DNA of 64,000 nucleotides from Macrostomum lignano (taxonomy: Eukaryota). Location of the stretch: contig NIVC01000299.1 in assembly GCA_002269645.1 (NCBI GenBank), positions 268,598-332,597 of the forward strand. Reading direction: 5' to 3'. Under the pieces are notes generated by a model. The model ran no database searches. It was not told where the DNA came from and was given only the letters and a program-made list of their open reading frames with translations. The position numbers and the translations under genes are program-made. Below, piece after piece: positions 31,246 through 46,385 of the stretch. Within the stretch, counting starts at the first letter, position 1. Each line of letters opens with the position of its first letter.

Positions 31246-31481
31246 TTTGGAGATTTGGTGCTCTAGGAAAACTATGAAATCTATGATGTCTAGAAATTTA
31301 AGTTTCATAACGCACAGCCTCATCAAGCCGTCCGGCAGGACTCGAACCTGCCGCTTCCTGTCCACCTTTTGGCCCAGGATGAACAGGACTCCTGGTTCAC
31401 GCCGGGGCTGTACACCGTCAGGACGGCCGGCTGCTGATGTTGCACACACTCGAGTAGCAGCAGGCTGGCGAAGAGGACAGA

Positions 31482-31485
<4 letters not shown>

Positions 31486-31538
<53 letters not shown>

Positions 31539-32194
31539 AAGACACTAAGACAGAAAGACACTAAGACACTAAGACACTAAGACACTAAGACACTAAGACA
31601 CTAAGACACTAAGAAACTAAGACACTAAGACACTAAGACAATAAGACACTATGACACTAAGACACTAAGACACTAAGACACTATGACACTAAGACACTAA
31701 GACACTAAGACACTAAGACACTAAGACACTAAGACACTAAGACACTAAGACACTAAGACAATAAGACACTAAGACACTAAGACACTATGACACTAAGACA
31801 CTATGACACTAAGACACTAAGACACTAAGACACTAAGACACTAAGACACTAAGACACTAAGACACTAAGACACTAAGACACTAAGACACTAAGACAGTAA
31901 GACACTAAGACACTAAGACACTAAGACAATAAGACACTAAGACACTAAGACACTATGACACTAAGACACTAAAACACTAAGACACTAAGACAATAAGACA
32001 CTAAGACACTAAGACACTAAGACACTAAGACACTAAGACACTAAGACACTAAGACACTAAGACACTAAGACACTAAGACACTAAGACACTAAGACACTAA
32101 GACGCTAAGACACTAAGACACTAAGACACTAAGACACTAAGACACTAAGACACTAAGACACTAAGACACTAAGACAATAAGACACTAAGACACT
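31486..32194. repeat. (GACA)n followed by an 8-bp (AGACACTA)n array
   Basis: Direct periodicity. Confidence 0.95.
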
Positions 32195-32786
32195 GTGAGA
32201 GAGGGTGTCATTGCAGAGAGGTTTTTTAAAAAGGATTCAAAGACAAAGGTTTCTGTGATTCAAAACATTAATCAAACTCGCGTCGCGACCTCGGCATCTG
32301 TTATGACACCAGCAGGAGCTGCAGTGGTAGCGCACTGAAGTGCAGAATGTTGCACTTTCATTGCACCAACCAACCAGAAATTGTTTAGTTAAGAACAAGC
32401 AGGTGCTCCAGCACCGTCAGCAAGTGCTGCAGAAATTGAAGTAGGAGTCGGTGGGGCTCGTGAAATATGAGGGCTAGCAAACATTCCCAATCTCCATCTG
32501 CCACAAATGACACTACCTGAGAGCTTCAGCTGCTTTCCTTGGCTGCTGCAGAACCGAACAAACTCTAAGAAGTGTTGACAGGGCAAACAGACAGACGATG
32601 CCAACCCGTTTTACATTTTTTGGTAGTGGAAATTTTTTAACGTTTCTACTTAGCATAATGCACTACTGAAAGTAGATAAGTTTGCATTTGTCACGTTTAA
32701 AATCGTTTGAATGATGCTCGTAGATCATCAGCTACGAGATGCTCGTAGCTGAAGTTAAATCTAAGGGGATGGAGAATGAGAACTTT

Positions 32787-33405
32787 AGGGTAGACAGCGG
32801 ATCGTCAGGGTAGACAGCGGATCGTCAGCGTAGACAGCGGATTGTCAGGGTAGACAGCAGATCGTCAGGGTAGATAGCGGATTGTCAGGGTAGACAGCGG
32901 ATTGTCAGGGTAGACAGCGGATCGTCAGGGTAGACGGCGGATTGTCAGGGTAGACAGCAGATCGTCAGGGTAGACAGCGGATCGTCAGGGTAGACAGCGG
33001 ATCGTCAGGGTAGATAGCGGATTGTCAGGGTAGACAGCGGATCGTCAGGGTAGACGGCGGATTGTCAGGGTAGACAGCAGATCGTCAGGGTAGACAGCGG
33101 ATCGTCAGGGTAGACAGCGGATCGTCAGGGTAGATAGCGGATTGTCAGGGTAGACAGCGGATCGTCAGGGTAGACGGCGGATTGTCAGGGTAGACAGCAG
33201 ATCGTCAGGGTAGACAGCAGATTGTCAGGGTAGACAGCGGATCGTCAGGGTAGACAGCGGATCGTCAGGGTAGACAGCGGATCGTCAGGGTAGACGGCGG
33301 ATTGTCAGGGTAGACAGCAGATCGTCAGGGTAGACGGCGGATTGTCAGGGTAGACAGCAGATCGTCAGGGTAGACAGCAGATTGTCAGGGTAGACAGCAG
33401 ATTGT
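32787..33405. repeat. 20-bp minisatellite (TCAGGGTAGACAGCGGATCG), about 31 copies
   Basis: Direct periodicity. Confidence 0.95.
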
Positions 33406-33935
33406 CTGTCTCACCTGGTTCTTACCTGGTTCCTGGTTCTTCATCTGTAACCAGGAAAATTAGAAAACCGAAAAGATACCCCATTCAAAACTGTTTGCAG
33501 ATTTTAAGTACAATTGGTGGCTTTGAGAGTCACAATAAAATAAAATAAAAATACTTAAATATTTTAGCCATGAAAGTAAAAAATTCTTTTTTCATTGCAT
33601 TAAAAACAGTCTTTGCACTCAAAAAATCACGTAAAGGTGAAATATTCAGAAAATGCCACTTGAAATATTAGTGTTAAAATATGTATTAATAAATTTTGAG
33701 TTTTTGTTACTTTTTAATTATTTTTAGATTGCAATGAATAAGCGATTTTCCTAAAACTAATAATTGACGAAAATCAGGCGTTTAGAGAATAATGATAATG
33801 ATAATAATGTACACACACATAATCACACATGCATGTACACATTCTACGCATAACATATTCGTAATTTCTGCTACTACTGCCAATGCATTGAAAGCTTTTG
33901 TCAGCAATCTTTACTGGCAATACAGTCTGCATGGC

Positions 33936-33973
<38 letters not shown>

Positions 33974-34670
33974 GTAAACTGAAACTTGATCCGCGGCCTC
34001 AATCTCCTTGTTGCAAACACTCCGGATATACAGCATATCGATTGAGGCTAATGTGAGACAGACCTTAGCAAGCGATTGCGCATGCGGGCTGCTTGGTCAT
34101 TTCCTCTCACAACCAGACCGGAAAGGCAGGACTGATTGAGAAGTCGATTTATTATTAATCAATCATAATTTTGCTCTCAACTCTCTGAGAAGATTTTCTC
34201 TTCAAGTCGTTCCTGTACTTCTACACGGTTCGGCCAGGCTGCTCAGCTGACCTGCGTTCAAGCCTGCAACTTTTGGCACGCGATCGGTCGCTCCACCTGT
34301 CAGTAATTGATGGAGACAAGCAAGCAGCGGATTCCCTCTCCGCTCTGCAGCGTCCGTCAGCCTCAGCGCTTGCGTGTGGGGGAGCCTACGGGGTCTTCAC
34401 TGTTCCAGCGTTCGGTGCTGCCTTCAGGCCTCACATCAATTGCTGGGGAGGCTGCACGACTAAATGCAGCTGCCTAGCAACCAGCTGCTGTAGGCAAACT
34501 CTCGCCATTGGATTTCTGCAGATGCAAATGCATGCGCTGTGCCGCGGGAGGGGGGCTGAGCGCCACGATCCCTGGCTCGAATACGTGCGAATTCGTTTTT
34601 GAGGCTGGTGTGCCCGAAAATTGGCTCAGGGGGTTGTGGTTCACAGCCATGAGGACCAGCCTCCAAGGCA

Positions 34671-35215
34671 GAGTGACAGAGTGACAGCGTAACAGTGACA
34701 GAGTGATAATGTAACAGTGACAGAGTGATAGTGTGACAGTGACAGAGTGATAGCGTAACAGTGTCAGAGTGACAGAGTGACACAGTGACAGAGTGACAGA
34801 GTGATAGCGTAACGTGTCAGAGTGACAGAGTGACAGAGTGACACAGTGACAGAGTGACAGAGTGACAGAGTAACAGAGTGACAGAGTAAAGCTGTGACAG
34901 TAACAGAGTGACAGAGTAACACAGTGGCAGAGTGGCAGAGAGATAGACTGACAGAGTGACAGGGACAAAATGACAGAGTGACAGAGTGATAGTGTGACAG
35001 GGTGACTGACTGACAGAGTAAAAATGTTACAGAATGACAAAGTGATGGTGTGACACTGACAGAGTGAAGCTGTGATAGAGTGAAAGAGTGACAGAGTAAC
35101 AGAGTGACAGAGTAAAGCTGTGACAGAGTGACAGAGGGATAGAGTGACAGAGTGACAGAGTGACAGAGTGACAGAGTGACAGAGTGACAGAGTGACAGAG
35201 TGACAGAGTGACAGA
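34671..35215. repeat. Degenerate 8-bp (GTGACAGA)n array
   Basis: Direct periodicity. Confidence 0.9.
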
Positions 35216-35998
35216 GGTCGCTGCCTCAGTGAAGTGAAGAAGTCCCGAGCCCCAGTGAAGAGCCCGATGAATCAGAGGAGGTGAGAGGCTCAGAGTCTCA
35301 GTCTCAGCATCCCGAGTCCTGTTTGCTCAGCGGTCTGCAATCACAAAAGCCTCAACTCGCCGCGGGATGAGGCAGAAGAGCGGTGAGTTGGAGAGGGGGA
35401 GAACTTGCGCTAAGGAGACTCCGAGCGAGCCCGAGTGCGCAGCCGAGGAGGCGGGGCTTGTAAAAGAGGAAAGCAAGAAAAAGCGAGGCAGAGGATGAAA
35501 GCAGGTGGAACGAGTCGCATGCACCTGCGGCCGAGGCTGGACGGGAGAATTATCCCCACAGCCTCGATGGGAAACCGATCTGCCTACTTCGCTTTGCCTT
35601 CCGCATTCGTGGGGCCGGGAAGGAGGGCGATAGGGAGGGGAGAGCCGTGACCGACCGGCCTGGGGACCTCGGACGGTTCGGGTGGCATTCGAATCCCACT
35701 GCTGGGGGGATGAAGCATTCTCTCTCGAGTCTCCAAGGCCCGACTTTCTGTCGCTTTTTTCTTTCGATGCGTCGCCGCGGTTTCCCACCCTCACCCCCCC
35801 CCCTGACCGGCCGGCGCCCCGCTGGCTGCCTATTTACCTGGGATTTTGCGAGGGGGGGTTAATCCGGGCAAATTGGATGAAAATGGCTCAATTAATTTCG
35901 GCATTTCACCGGGCAGATCGGGGGAGAAAACCATTCGGAATTCATCGGCTAAATCGAGCGATGAAGACAAAAGTCCTTGTGGGCCGAAACCAGAGAGA

Positions 35999-37833
<1,835 letters not shown>

Positions 37834-38274
37834 CATATAGATAAGCTGGCCAGTCGTGTGCAGACGGGCTGCACAAGTTTGGCAAATCAATGGAAAGATG
37901 AAGCAAGTCGCAGAGAGTGAATGAGTTCATGGAAAACTAGTTATTCTACAATTTGATGCAGCGCAGAGGCTGCGTGCCCGAGATAGAAGGGATTGGGGAT
38001 CTCGGACAGGGTGGGGGCAGGGGAGCCGAGCAGTCCCGGCCAACTGGCTCGCGGGGGCGATTTTCGCACGGGTCGCTCTGAGTGGCGGGCGCGAGTGGCC
38101 GCATGCAGTGTGAATTAAAGCTTTGGAGGGCCGGCCAGTCACCCAGCCAGCTCCGGCGATTCCCTTCAGTCCTGCCCTGCTGGCCAAGGTGAGTCAAGGT
38201 GAGCGCCTGATTTTGAATTCCTGCAGTAGTGCGTTACATTTCCTTTCATTTGTGGCTGCTGGAGTGGCAATTTG

Positions 38275-39000
38275 GAGAGGGAGGGGGAGAGAGAGAGGTA
38301 GACTTAGAGGGAGAGGGAGAGTGAGAGAGAGGTAGACTTAGAGGGAGAGGGAGAGTGAGAGAGAGGTAGACTTAGAGGGAGAGTGAGAGTGAGAGAGAGA
38401 GATAGACTTAGAGGGAGAGGGAGAGTGAGAGTGAGAGAGAGAGATAGACTTAGAGGGAGAGTGAGAGTGAGAGAGAATGAGAATGAGAGAGAGGGGAGGG
38501 GAAGAGAGAGTGAGAGTGAGAGTGAGAGAGTGTGTGTGTGAGAATGAGAATGAGAAATGGAGTGAGATTGAGAGTGAGAGCGAGAGTGAAAGAGAGGGAG
38601 AGCGAGAGTGAAAGAGAGGGAGAGCGAAAGTGAAAGTCAGAGTGAGAGTGAGAGAGGGAGGGACGCGAGAGAGAGGGAGAGTGAGACGGAGGCTCCAGAG
38701 AGAGGGAGAGGGAGAGTGAGACGGAGGCTCCAGAGAGAGGGAGAGGGAGAGTGAGACGGAGGCTCCAGAGAGAAAGAGAGGGAGAGTGAGACGGAGGCTC
38801 CAGAGAGAAAGAGAGGGAGAGTGAGACGGAGGCTCCAGAGAGAAAGAGAGGGAGAGTGAGACGGAGGCTCCAGAGAGAAAGAGAGGGAGAGTGAGACGGA
38901 GGCTCCAGAGAGAGGGAGAGGGAGAGTGAGACGGAGGCTCCAGAGAGGGGGAGAGGGAGAGTGAGACGGAGGTTCCAGACAGAGGGGGCAGAGAGAGAGT
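38275..39000. repeat. Purine-rich (GA) tract containing a 35-bp array (...GAGACGGAGGCTCCAGAG...)
   Basis: Unit recurs at 38683, 38718, 38753, 38788 and beyond. Confidence 0.9.
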
Positions 39001-39639
39001 CCGATAGAGCCAATGGGTCACTGTGAGAAGCAAGGATTGACTGACAGTCGGAGAAGCAGAAGGCAGGAAATGCAGCACAGAAAATGGGGATTTACAGACA
39101 GCCCAAGGAGCCCATGAGCGATTCAGCCGCCAGCCGTCAGTCAGTCTCAGGGACCGCTGAGATGCGGGATGTGAGGCTCAAAACGCTGTCCAGTTAGGCA
39201 GAAGTCGAGGGATTTCGCTGAGTCGCAAAGAGCTGCTCGGGCGACGGAGTGCGAAAAAACTTGCCAACTTAGGTCAGTAAAAGCAGTCGAGAGCCAAGAA
39301 GTCGACAAAGCCACTCGCTCGGATGCAGAAAGACACAGGAGGACAGACAGTAGCGAGCGAAAAGCAGAAATGTCAGAAGACAGAGAAACGCGGTCCTCGG
39401 CGCAGTCTTGGGAAGCCTATCAAATTGCCTTCTGAGCTCCCACCCGCATGCTCAAAAGCTCCTCATCCTTTGATGTCGAAGTGAAGCTGGGGGGTTAGTT
39501 GAGACTCAAGGGAAGAAGAGTTCATGCGCTGTGGCGCCTTTGAACTTTGGCTGCGGGCCACCCTGGGACGGCTTTCCGGAGGAGCTGGGGGGAGAGAATG
39601 CAGAGTGGAGACGGGGGATGGGAGGGGGAAAAGAAGAAG

Positions 39640-39980
39640 GGTAGATAGAAGAGGGGGAGATAGAAGAGGGGAGATAGAAGAGGGGGAGATAGAAGAGGGG
39701 AGATAGAAAATTGTCCCGGGATAGGAGAGGGAATTGGATACCCGTAGAAGACTTTTAAATGGGAGAGAGAGAGGGAGTAGGGGAGAGTGAGACGGGAGAG
39801 GGAGAGGGAGAGGGGAGAGTGAGACGGGAGAGGGAGAGGGGAGAGGGGAGAGGGAGAGGGAGAGGGAGAGGGAGAGGGGAGAGTGAGACGGGAGAGGGAG
39901 AGGGAGAGGGAGAGTGAGACGGGAGAGGGAGAGGGAGAGGGGAGAGTGAGACGGGAGAGGGAGAGGGAGAGGGAGAGGGA
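39640..39980. repeat. Polypurine (GGGAGA)n-type tract
   Basis: Direct sequence composition. Confidence 0.85.
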
Positions 39981-40267
39981 AACATGATCGGAGAGAAAGA
40001 CAGGAAAGGGGGGAGCCAAATACCAGATGATGAGGGATGAGAGGGGTGAGAAGGAGAGTGAGAGTTAGCAACCAAGTCAGAGGTTCAGACAGCCCAGAGA
40101 GGCCGCGGTTCCCACGCCCGCGATTCAGCCCTCAATCTCCGTACCTCATCTCCGGGAATGAATTGCCGAGTTGGACTCCCTCCAAGTCCTCTCTGGCCCC
40201 GCGGGCCAGACAGCATGCAATTATCCCCCGCTAATTCGGACAGCCACCCCCCTCCTCCTCCGCCAGG

Positions 40268-40322
40268 ATGCTGCGAAGCCTCATCTCGATCGGCCTGCTT
40301 CTCCTGCTGCTGGGCGCCCCAG
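40268..40322 (+). CDS. Candidate alternative first (signal-peptide) exon 1a of the nAChR gene: MLRSLISIGLLLLLLGAP
   Basis: ATG in good context, hydrophobic core, and a strong GTAAGC donor in phase 1, the phase required by exon 55382 (giving ...[12 protein letters not shown]). No other coding exons were recognised between here and 48058. Confidence 0.6.
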
Positions 40323-40559
40323 GTAAGCAACCCGGACTTCGGGGCCAGTCGCTGCCGGAATCTGGCAATTTCTGGGACTCGAACTGCCGGCACCTCATCT
40401 CATCTATCCATCTTCCCCTCCGATCCTGATGACAGAGCGGCTTGCTTTTTTGCCTTCTTTTGCATGCAGTGCTTCTTTTGCCATTTCTGGTTGCTTCGTG
40501 TACCTGTAAATTCTTGTCTCACATGGCATTCAAATAGCATAATCTCCCTGCTTTGGTCC

Positions 40560-41082
40560 TATCTATCCCCAGTCTCATTCATCTATCCTCAGTCTCACTT
40601 CACCTATCCCTAATCTCACTTCACCTATCCCTAATCTCACTTCATCTATCCCTAATCTCACTTCACCTATCCCTAATCTCACTTAATCTATCCCTGATCT
40701 CACTTAATCTATCCCTGATCTCACTTTATCTATCCCTGATCTCACTTCATCTATCCCTGATCTCACTTCATCTATCCCTGATCTCACTTCATCTATCCCT
40801 GGTCTCACTTCATCTATCCCTGGTCTCACTTCATCTATCCCCAATCTCACTTCATCTACCCCTGATCTCACTTCATCTATCCCCAATCTCACTTCATCTA
40901 TCCCTGATCTCACTTCATCTATCCCCAATCTCACTTCATCTATCCCCAATCTCACTTCATCTATCCCTGATCTCACTTCATCTATCCCCAATCTCACTTC
41001 ATCTATCCCTGATCTCACTTCATCTATCCCCAATCTCACTTCATCTATCCCCAATCTCACTTCATCTATCCCTGATCTCACT
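40560..41082. repeat. 21-bp minisatellite (CTATCCCTGATCTCACTTCAT)
   Basis: Direct periodicity. Confidence 0.95.
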
Positions 41083-41805
41083 CTCCAAATTTCCCCTTCC
41101 CCGCACAGAAAGGCGTCCAGAATCCCGTCAGCCCGCATGACCGCAGCCTCCTGAATTATTGACTCCGCATCCCGGAGCCGGAGTCAGTTGCCCGCTTCCG
41201 CATGCAACACCCAATCCAGCCAAGTCAATGACACTCAAAACAGCCCATTGCCTCAGTGCAAACTGGGAATAAATGCTTGTGGGTTTATCCTATGCCTAGC
41301 AGTGATCGTGGAAGCTATCTTTAAAAATTCCCCAGTTTGGGGAGTTTCCCCCCCCCCCCAGCTTCTCCCTCATCACGCGGCCCCGCAGTCTCCAGCGCAA
41401 CGAGAGCTCTGTCACTTTCTCGGATGAAGAGAGGCCTCCCAGCCTCACCCGCTGTCCCTCCCCTCCGATGAGCGAAGCTGCAGTTTTCCCTCTGTTAAGT
41501 CGCAGCCTCTCCAAGCGGCTTCTTCATCAGGGGGAGGCAGCTGGGGCAGCGGAGCGGAGCCAACCCGGCGGTGAAATCGGATTAAAAATAAGCAAATTGA
41601 GTGGGCGACTGCCCCCCCCCAGCCTCACGGGTAGGTAGCGGCTGAAACTCGCCTCATAATTCCACCGTCCCACCCCCTGCCACCAGGCTTGCAGTGCAAC
41701 TTCAAATCGATGCCCGTCTTGCTTTGCCCCGGGCTCCCACAGCTGCTCTTCTCAAACTTATATTTCAGCTAACATTCCTGCCCGCCAACTCCCACAGTCG
41801 ACCCC

Positions 41806-42480
41806 TCCAGTCTACTCTTCCAGTCTACTCCTCCAGTCTACTCTTCCAGTCTACTCCTCCAGTCTACTCTTCCAGTCTACTCCTCCAGTCTACTCCTCCA
41901 GTCTACTCCTCCAGTCTACTCTTCCAGTCTACTCCTCCAGTCTACTCCTCCAGTCTACTCCTCCAGTCTACTCCTCCAGTCTACTCTTCCAGTCTACTCC
42001 TCCAGTCTACTCCTCCAGTCTACTCCTCCAGTCTACTCCTCCAGTCTACTCCTCCAGTCTACTCCTCAAGTCTACTCCTCCAGTCTACTCCTCCAGTCTA
42101 CTCCTCAAGTCTACTCCTCCAGTCTACTCCTCCAGTCTACTCCTCCAGTCTACTCCTCCAGTCTACTCCTCCAGTCTACTCCTCCAGTCTACTCCTCCAG
42201 TCTACTCCTCCAATCTACTCTTCCAGTCTACTCCTCCAGTCTACTCCTCCAGTCTACTCCTCCAGTCTACTCCTCCAGTCTACTCCTCCAATCTACTCTT
42301 CCAGTCTACTCCTCCAGTCTACTCCTCCAGTCTACTCCTCCAGTCTACTCCTCCAGTCTACTTCTCCCAGTCTACTCCTCCAGTCTACTTCTCTAGTCTA
42401 CTTCTCTAGTCCACTTCTCTAGTCTACTTCTGTAGTCCACTTCTCGATCTCTAGTCTACTTCCCCAGTCTACTTCTCCCG
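41806..42480. repeat. 13-bp minisatellite (CTCCAGTCTACTC)
   Basis: Direct periodicity. Confidence 0.95.
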
Positions 42481-43932
42481 TTTGCATTAGCCTAGGTCTC
42501 CTATTCGCAATTCTCACTCTGACAAGCTGAGCACAGAATCACTGATGCTTCTATCTTCTCAAATTCTAGCACAGCCGTCCCCTAATTCTCTTCCTCCCGC
42601 GTCTCCAGCGTCTCAGCTTGTCAAACTTTTTATCAAAATTACCAAACAAGACAGAGGCAATGACGGCATCAAGCCTGTCAATATATCCTCCCCATTTTGG
42701 GAAAATTATCCCACGGATAACAATAGGGGAGAAAACGTTCTGGTTGCTAAAATTAGCTCGCCTCCGACCTGATGCTTTTTGAAACTTATTGGCATTGACC
42801 TGCGTACTTGAAGCTCTACTAAAAGTAGAAAGTTAGAAATTTTATCTACAAATTTAGTATGTTCCCAGAAAATTGAGCATTGAAGTGAATTTCTTTCTCG
42901 CTTCAATCAGACTCGGTGGCTGCAGCAGGCGCCATCCATCAAGCACTGTTTAACTGCTTATGCAGCATCGGCTGCGGATCTCCAGTTTATGGATTTATTG
43001 TGCATGCACTGGGGAGCAGAGATGCGGAAGCTGAGGGGGCAGCGGAGGGCAATCCGGACTCGGGGATTAATCAGACAGACAAACAGGCCAGAGCTGCAGT
43101 GCGAACATTCCCAAGAGCAAATATGAGCAGTGCAAGCATGCGTATTGATTACCGATAGGCTTGGTGGACCCCCCGGCCTCCTCCAGCTGTTGCCCCCAGC
43201 CCAAGCCTAATCCCCACGGGGGTGGGAGAAAAGTCCAGGCAGGCAGTTTCAAATCCCGCAAAATTTGCCTTGCAACCGCGGGCTCAACATCCTCAGCTCT
43301 GCCCAGTCTCTCCGCTTACTCACAGCTCCTCTCCTCAGGTGCGCTGAGGCGGGCAGCGATGGGGATGGAAAATGCCGCGAAAGAGAAGCACAGAAGAAGT
43401 TCCTCCTTCGAGGCTGAGTTTCCCAATTAGGGAAGACTGGAGAGGAGGCTGGCTCCTTGGGGGGGGGGGAGGCGTCTCCTCCTCCTCGTTATGCGGCTGA
43501 GACTCCGTGGGGATCCCGGGAGCTGAGGCGGTGGAGACGCCTGGCATTGAGACTGGATGAAGGAGGGGCTTCAGCTTCCTCGCTTCCCTCCCCTGAGCCA
43601 CCCCCCCCCTATGCTACCCGTTTTATTACGGGACAAATGAGGCCAAATTCCAGATCCCTCAGCCTGCTGAGTCGGAGGAGACGGCGAGGAAAGAAGGAGG
43701 GAAGATTGGGGGAAGGAGGAGGAGCCGGAGGGGTTCTCAAGTACGCGGCTGGTTGCAGCTGATGAAGCCAGATTGGGGAGCCTGAGCTGGCCACAGACTT
43801 TTGAGCACAAGAAGCTTCTTAAATAAGTCGTTGCACGGGGGCCAACAAGTATTGGGGGGGGGGGAGTTTTCTCTGGGATAAATTTTTGCCTGCCTCAGCC
43901 TTGGCCCAGCTGTAGGACTGCAGAATATAGCC

Positions 43933-44530
43933 CCCCATAGGCCCTATAATCCCCATAATCCCCATAATCCCCATATTCCACATAATCCTCATAATCCCCA
44001 TAATCCTTACAATCCCCATAATTCACATAATCCCTACAATCCCTATAATTCCCATAATCCCTACAATCCCTATAATTCCCATAATCCCTACAATCCCTAT
44101 AATTCCTATAATCCCTACAATCCCCATAATCCCCATAATCTCCATAATCCCCATAATCCCCATAATCTCCATAACCCCCAAAATTCCCAAATTCCCTATA
44201 ATCCCTAAAATTCCCATAGTCCCTACAATCCCTATAATTCTCATAATCCCTACAATCCCTATAATTCCCATAATCTCCATAATTCCCATAATCCCTATAA
44301 TCCCTATAATTCCCATAATCCCCATAATCAACAAAATCCCCATAATCCCCATTATCTCCATAATCCCCATAATCCCCATAATCCCCATAATCCCTATAAT
44401 CCCTATAATTCCCATAATCCTCATAATCAACAAAATCCCCATAATCCCCATAATCCCCATAATCCCCATAATCCCCATAATCCCCATAATCCCCATAATC
44501 CCCATAATCCCTATAATCCCCATACTCCCC
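43933..44530. repeat. 9-bp array (CCCCATAAT)n
   Basis: Direct periodicity. Confidence 0.9.
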
Positions 44531-44759
44531 ATTTACCAATTGCAGCTCGTAGCCTAAGACTCAGCCAAAGAGAAAGCCATATGTGATAGAAGCGATAAAT
44601 GATTCCCGATGGCTACTGGGAGGGAGCAGAATTAAGTAAGAGGCTGGCCCAGGTTCGACTTCTTCCGGCGATGAGGAGCTGAAGAGATTAATTTTGGGGT
44701 GGAAAAAATTTGGTAAATTTATTTCAGCGTCAAGAGATGCGAAATCGTAAGCTCGCAGT

Positions 44760-45540
44760 TTGACTAGATTAGCAATCCATTTGACTAGATTAGCAATCCA
44801 TTTGACTAGATTAGCAACCGATTTGACTAGATTAGCAATCCATTTAGATAGATTAGCAATCCATTTGGATAGATTAGCAATCCATTTGGATAGATTAGCA
44901 ATCCATTTGGATAGATTAGCAATCCATTTGGATAGATTAGCAATCCATTTGGATAGATTAGCAATCCATCTGACTAGATTAGCAATCCATTTAACTAGAT
45001 TAGCAATCCATTTGGATAGATTAGCAATCCATTTGACTAGATTAGCAATCCATTTAACTAGATTAGCAATCCATTTGGATAGATTAGCAATCCATTTGGA
45101 TATATTAGCAATCCATTTGGATAGATTAGCAATCCATTTGGATAGATTAGCTATCCATTTGGATAGATTAGCAATCCACTTGGATAGATTAGCAATCCAC
45201 TTGGATAGATTAGCAATCCATTTGGATAGATTAGCAATCCATTTGGATAGATTAGCAATCCATTTGGATAGATTAGCAATCCATTTGGATAGATTAGCAA
45301 TCCATTTGGATATATTAGCAATCCATTTGGATAGATTAGCAATCCATTTGGATAGATTAGCTATCCATTTGGATAGATTAGCAATCCACTTGGATAGATT
45401 AGCAATCCACTTGGATAGATTAGCAATCCATTTGGATAGATTAGCAATCCACTTGGATAGATTAGCAATCCACTTGGATAGATTAGCAATCCATTTCGAT
45501 AGATTAGCAATCCACTTGGATAGATTAGCAATCTATCCAA
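44760..45540. repeat. 21-bp minisatellite (TAGATTAGCAATCCATTTGGA)
   Basis: Direct periodicity. Confidence 0.95.
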
Positions 45541-46385
45541 ATTAGAGACGTCATTCCTTTTGACTTGTTTTTCAACGTCTCAAACCGTCCTTTTCCTTTG
45601 AATCTTCGGTGGGGATCTGTGGGATTTGTTTTCAGCCTGTTTCGGGAAGAGTTTTCTCCTGTTTTTTCTCCCAGCCCCGCCGGCCTCCCCGGGAAGAAAT
45701 TCAGAGGGGAAATCGGCAGGGGGGCAGTGAGGATTCTGGCCTGGCGCGCTCGGAAAAGTCATAAAATTTTATTTTCGCATTTCTGCCGAAATCTCCTCGG
45801 GATCTCGATGGACGCAGCTCCCCAAGCCTAATCGCCTGCTCAGGCCTCAGTGTGCTCAGCTCAGAGGCCCAGCCAGCCCGGGGCTGCCGTGTACTTTCCG
45901 CCGAGGCCCAACATGAAGTGTCGCTGCGGCCCAGCAGCCGCGGTGCTTCATTCCACAATTCGCTCAACAATTTTTTATTCGCTTGTCTGGCTGAGAGCCT
46001 CCAGGGAAGCCCATTTCAGCCTGAGTCTACTGAATTATTCTCGCGGCGCTACTCAAATCCCCACTTGTCTCCGAGAGGCCCGCAGGTCTCCAGCTCAGGC
46101 CACTTGGAGACATTTTTTTACTCTCCCGCATAAATAATTCAGCTGGATGGAGACTGCGGACTCCGCCGGGCTCTGCGCGGGCCTTTGTTTCTTAGAAACG
46201 CACACAGGATTTTAAATTGATTTCTTAGAATTTCGTTTTCAAAAGCGCGATTTTTTGTTTGGGGTTAGTCTTAATAGATTATTTCTTCAAATAGATTTTT
46301 TATCAATACTCAGCTTTGATTCTGAAAGAGTTATAAATCTGCATTTCTTTATACAATTCCAAAAGAAAATTGATAATATTCTAAT

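Noticed and set aside
31325-31400. tRNA-like box B (GGTTCGAGTCC on the minus strand)
   Set aside because: No box A or cloverleaf; it overlaps a plausible plus-strand exon.
32727-32751. Perfect 11-bp hairpin TCAGCTACGAG-ATG-CTCGTAGCTGA
   Set aside because: Isolated and short, with no associated feature; not a terminator in a eukaryotic context.
34273-34660. GC-rich segment with short ORFs on both strands
   Set aside because: No recognisable domain, in-frame stops and no consistent splice pattern.
43895-44539. GDY-repeat ORF resembling Gly/Tyr-rich eggshell proteins
   Set aside because: A 9-bp satellite with no signal peptide or splice context; the alternative frame is equally open. Only RNA evidence could rescue it.
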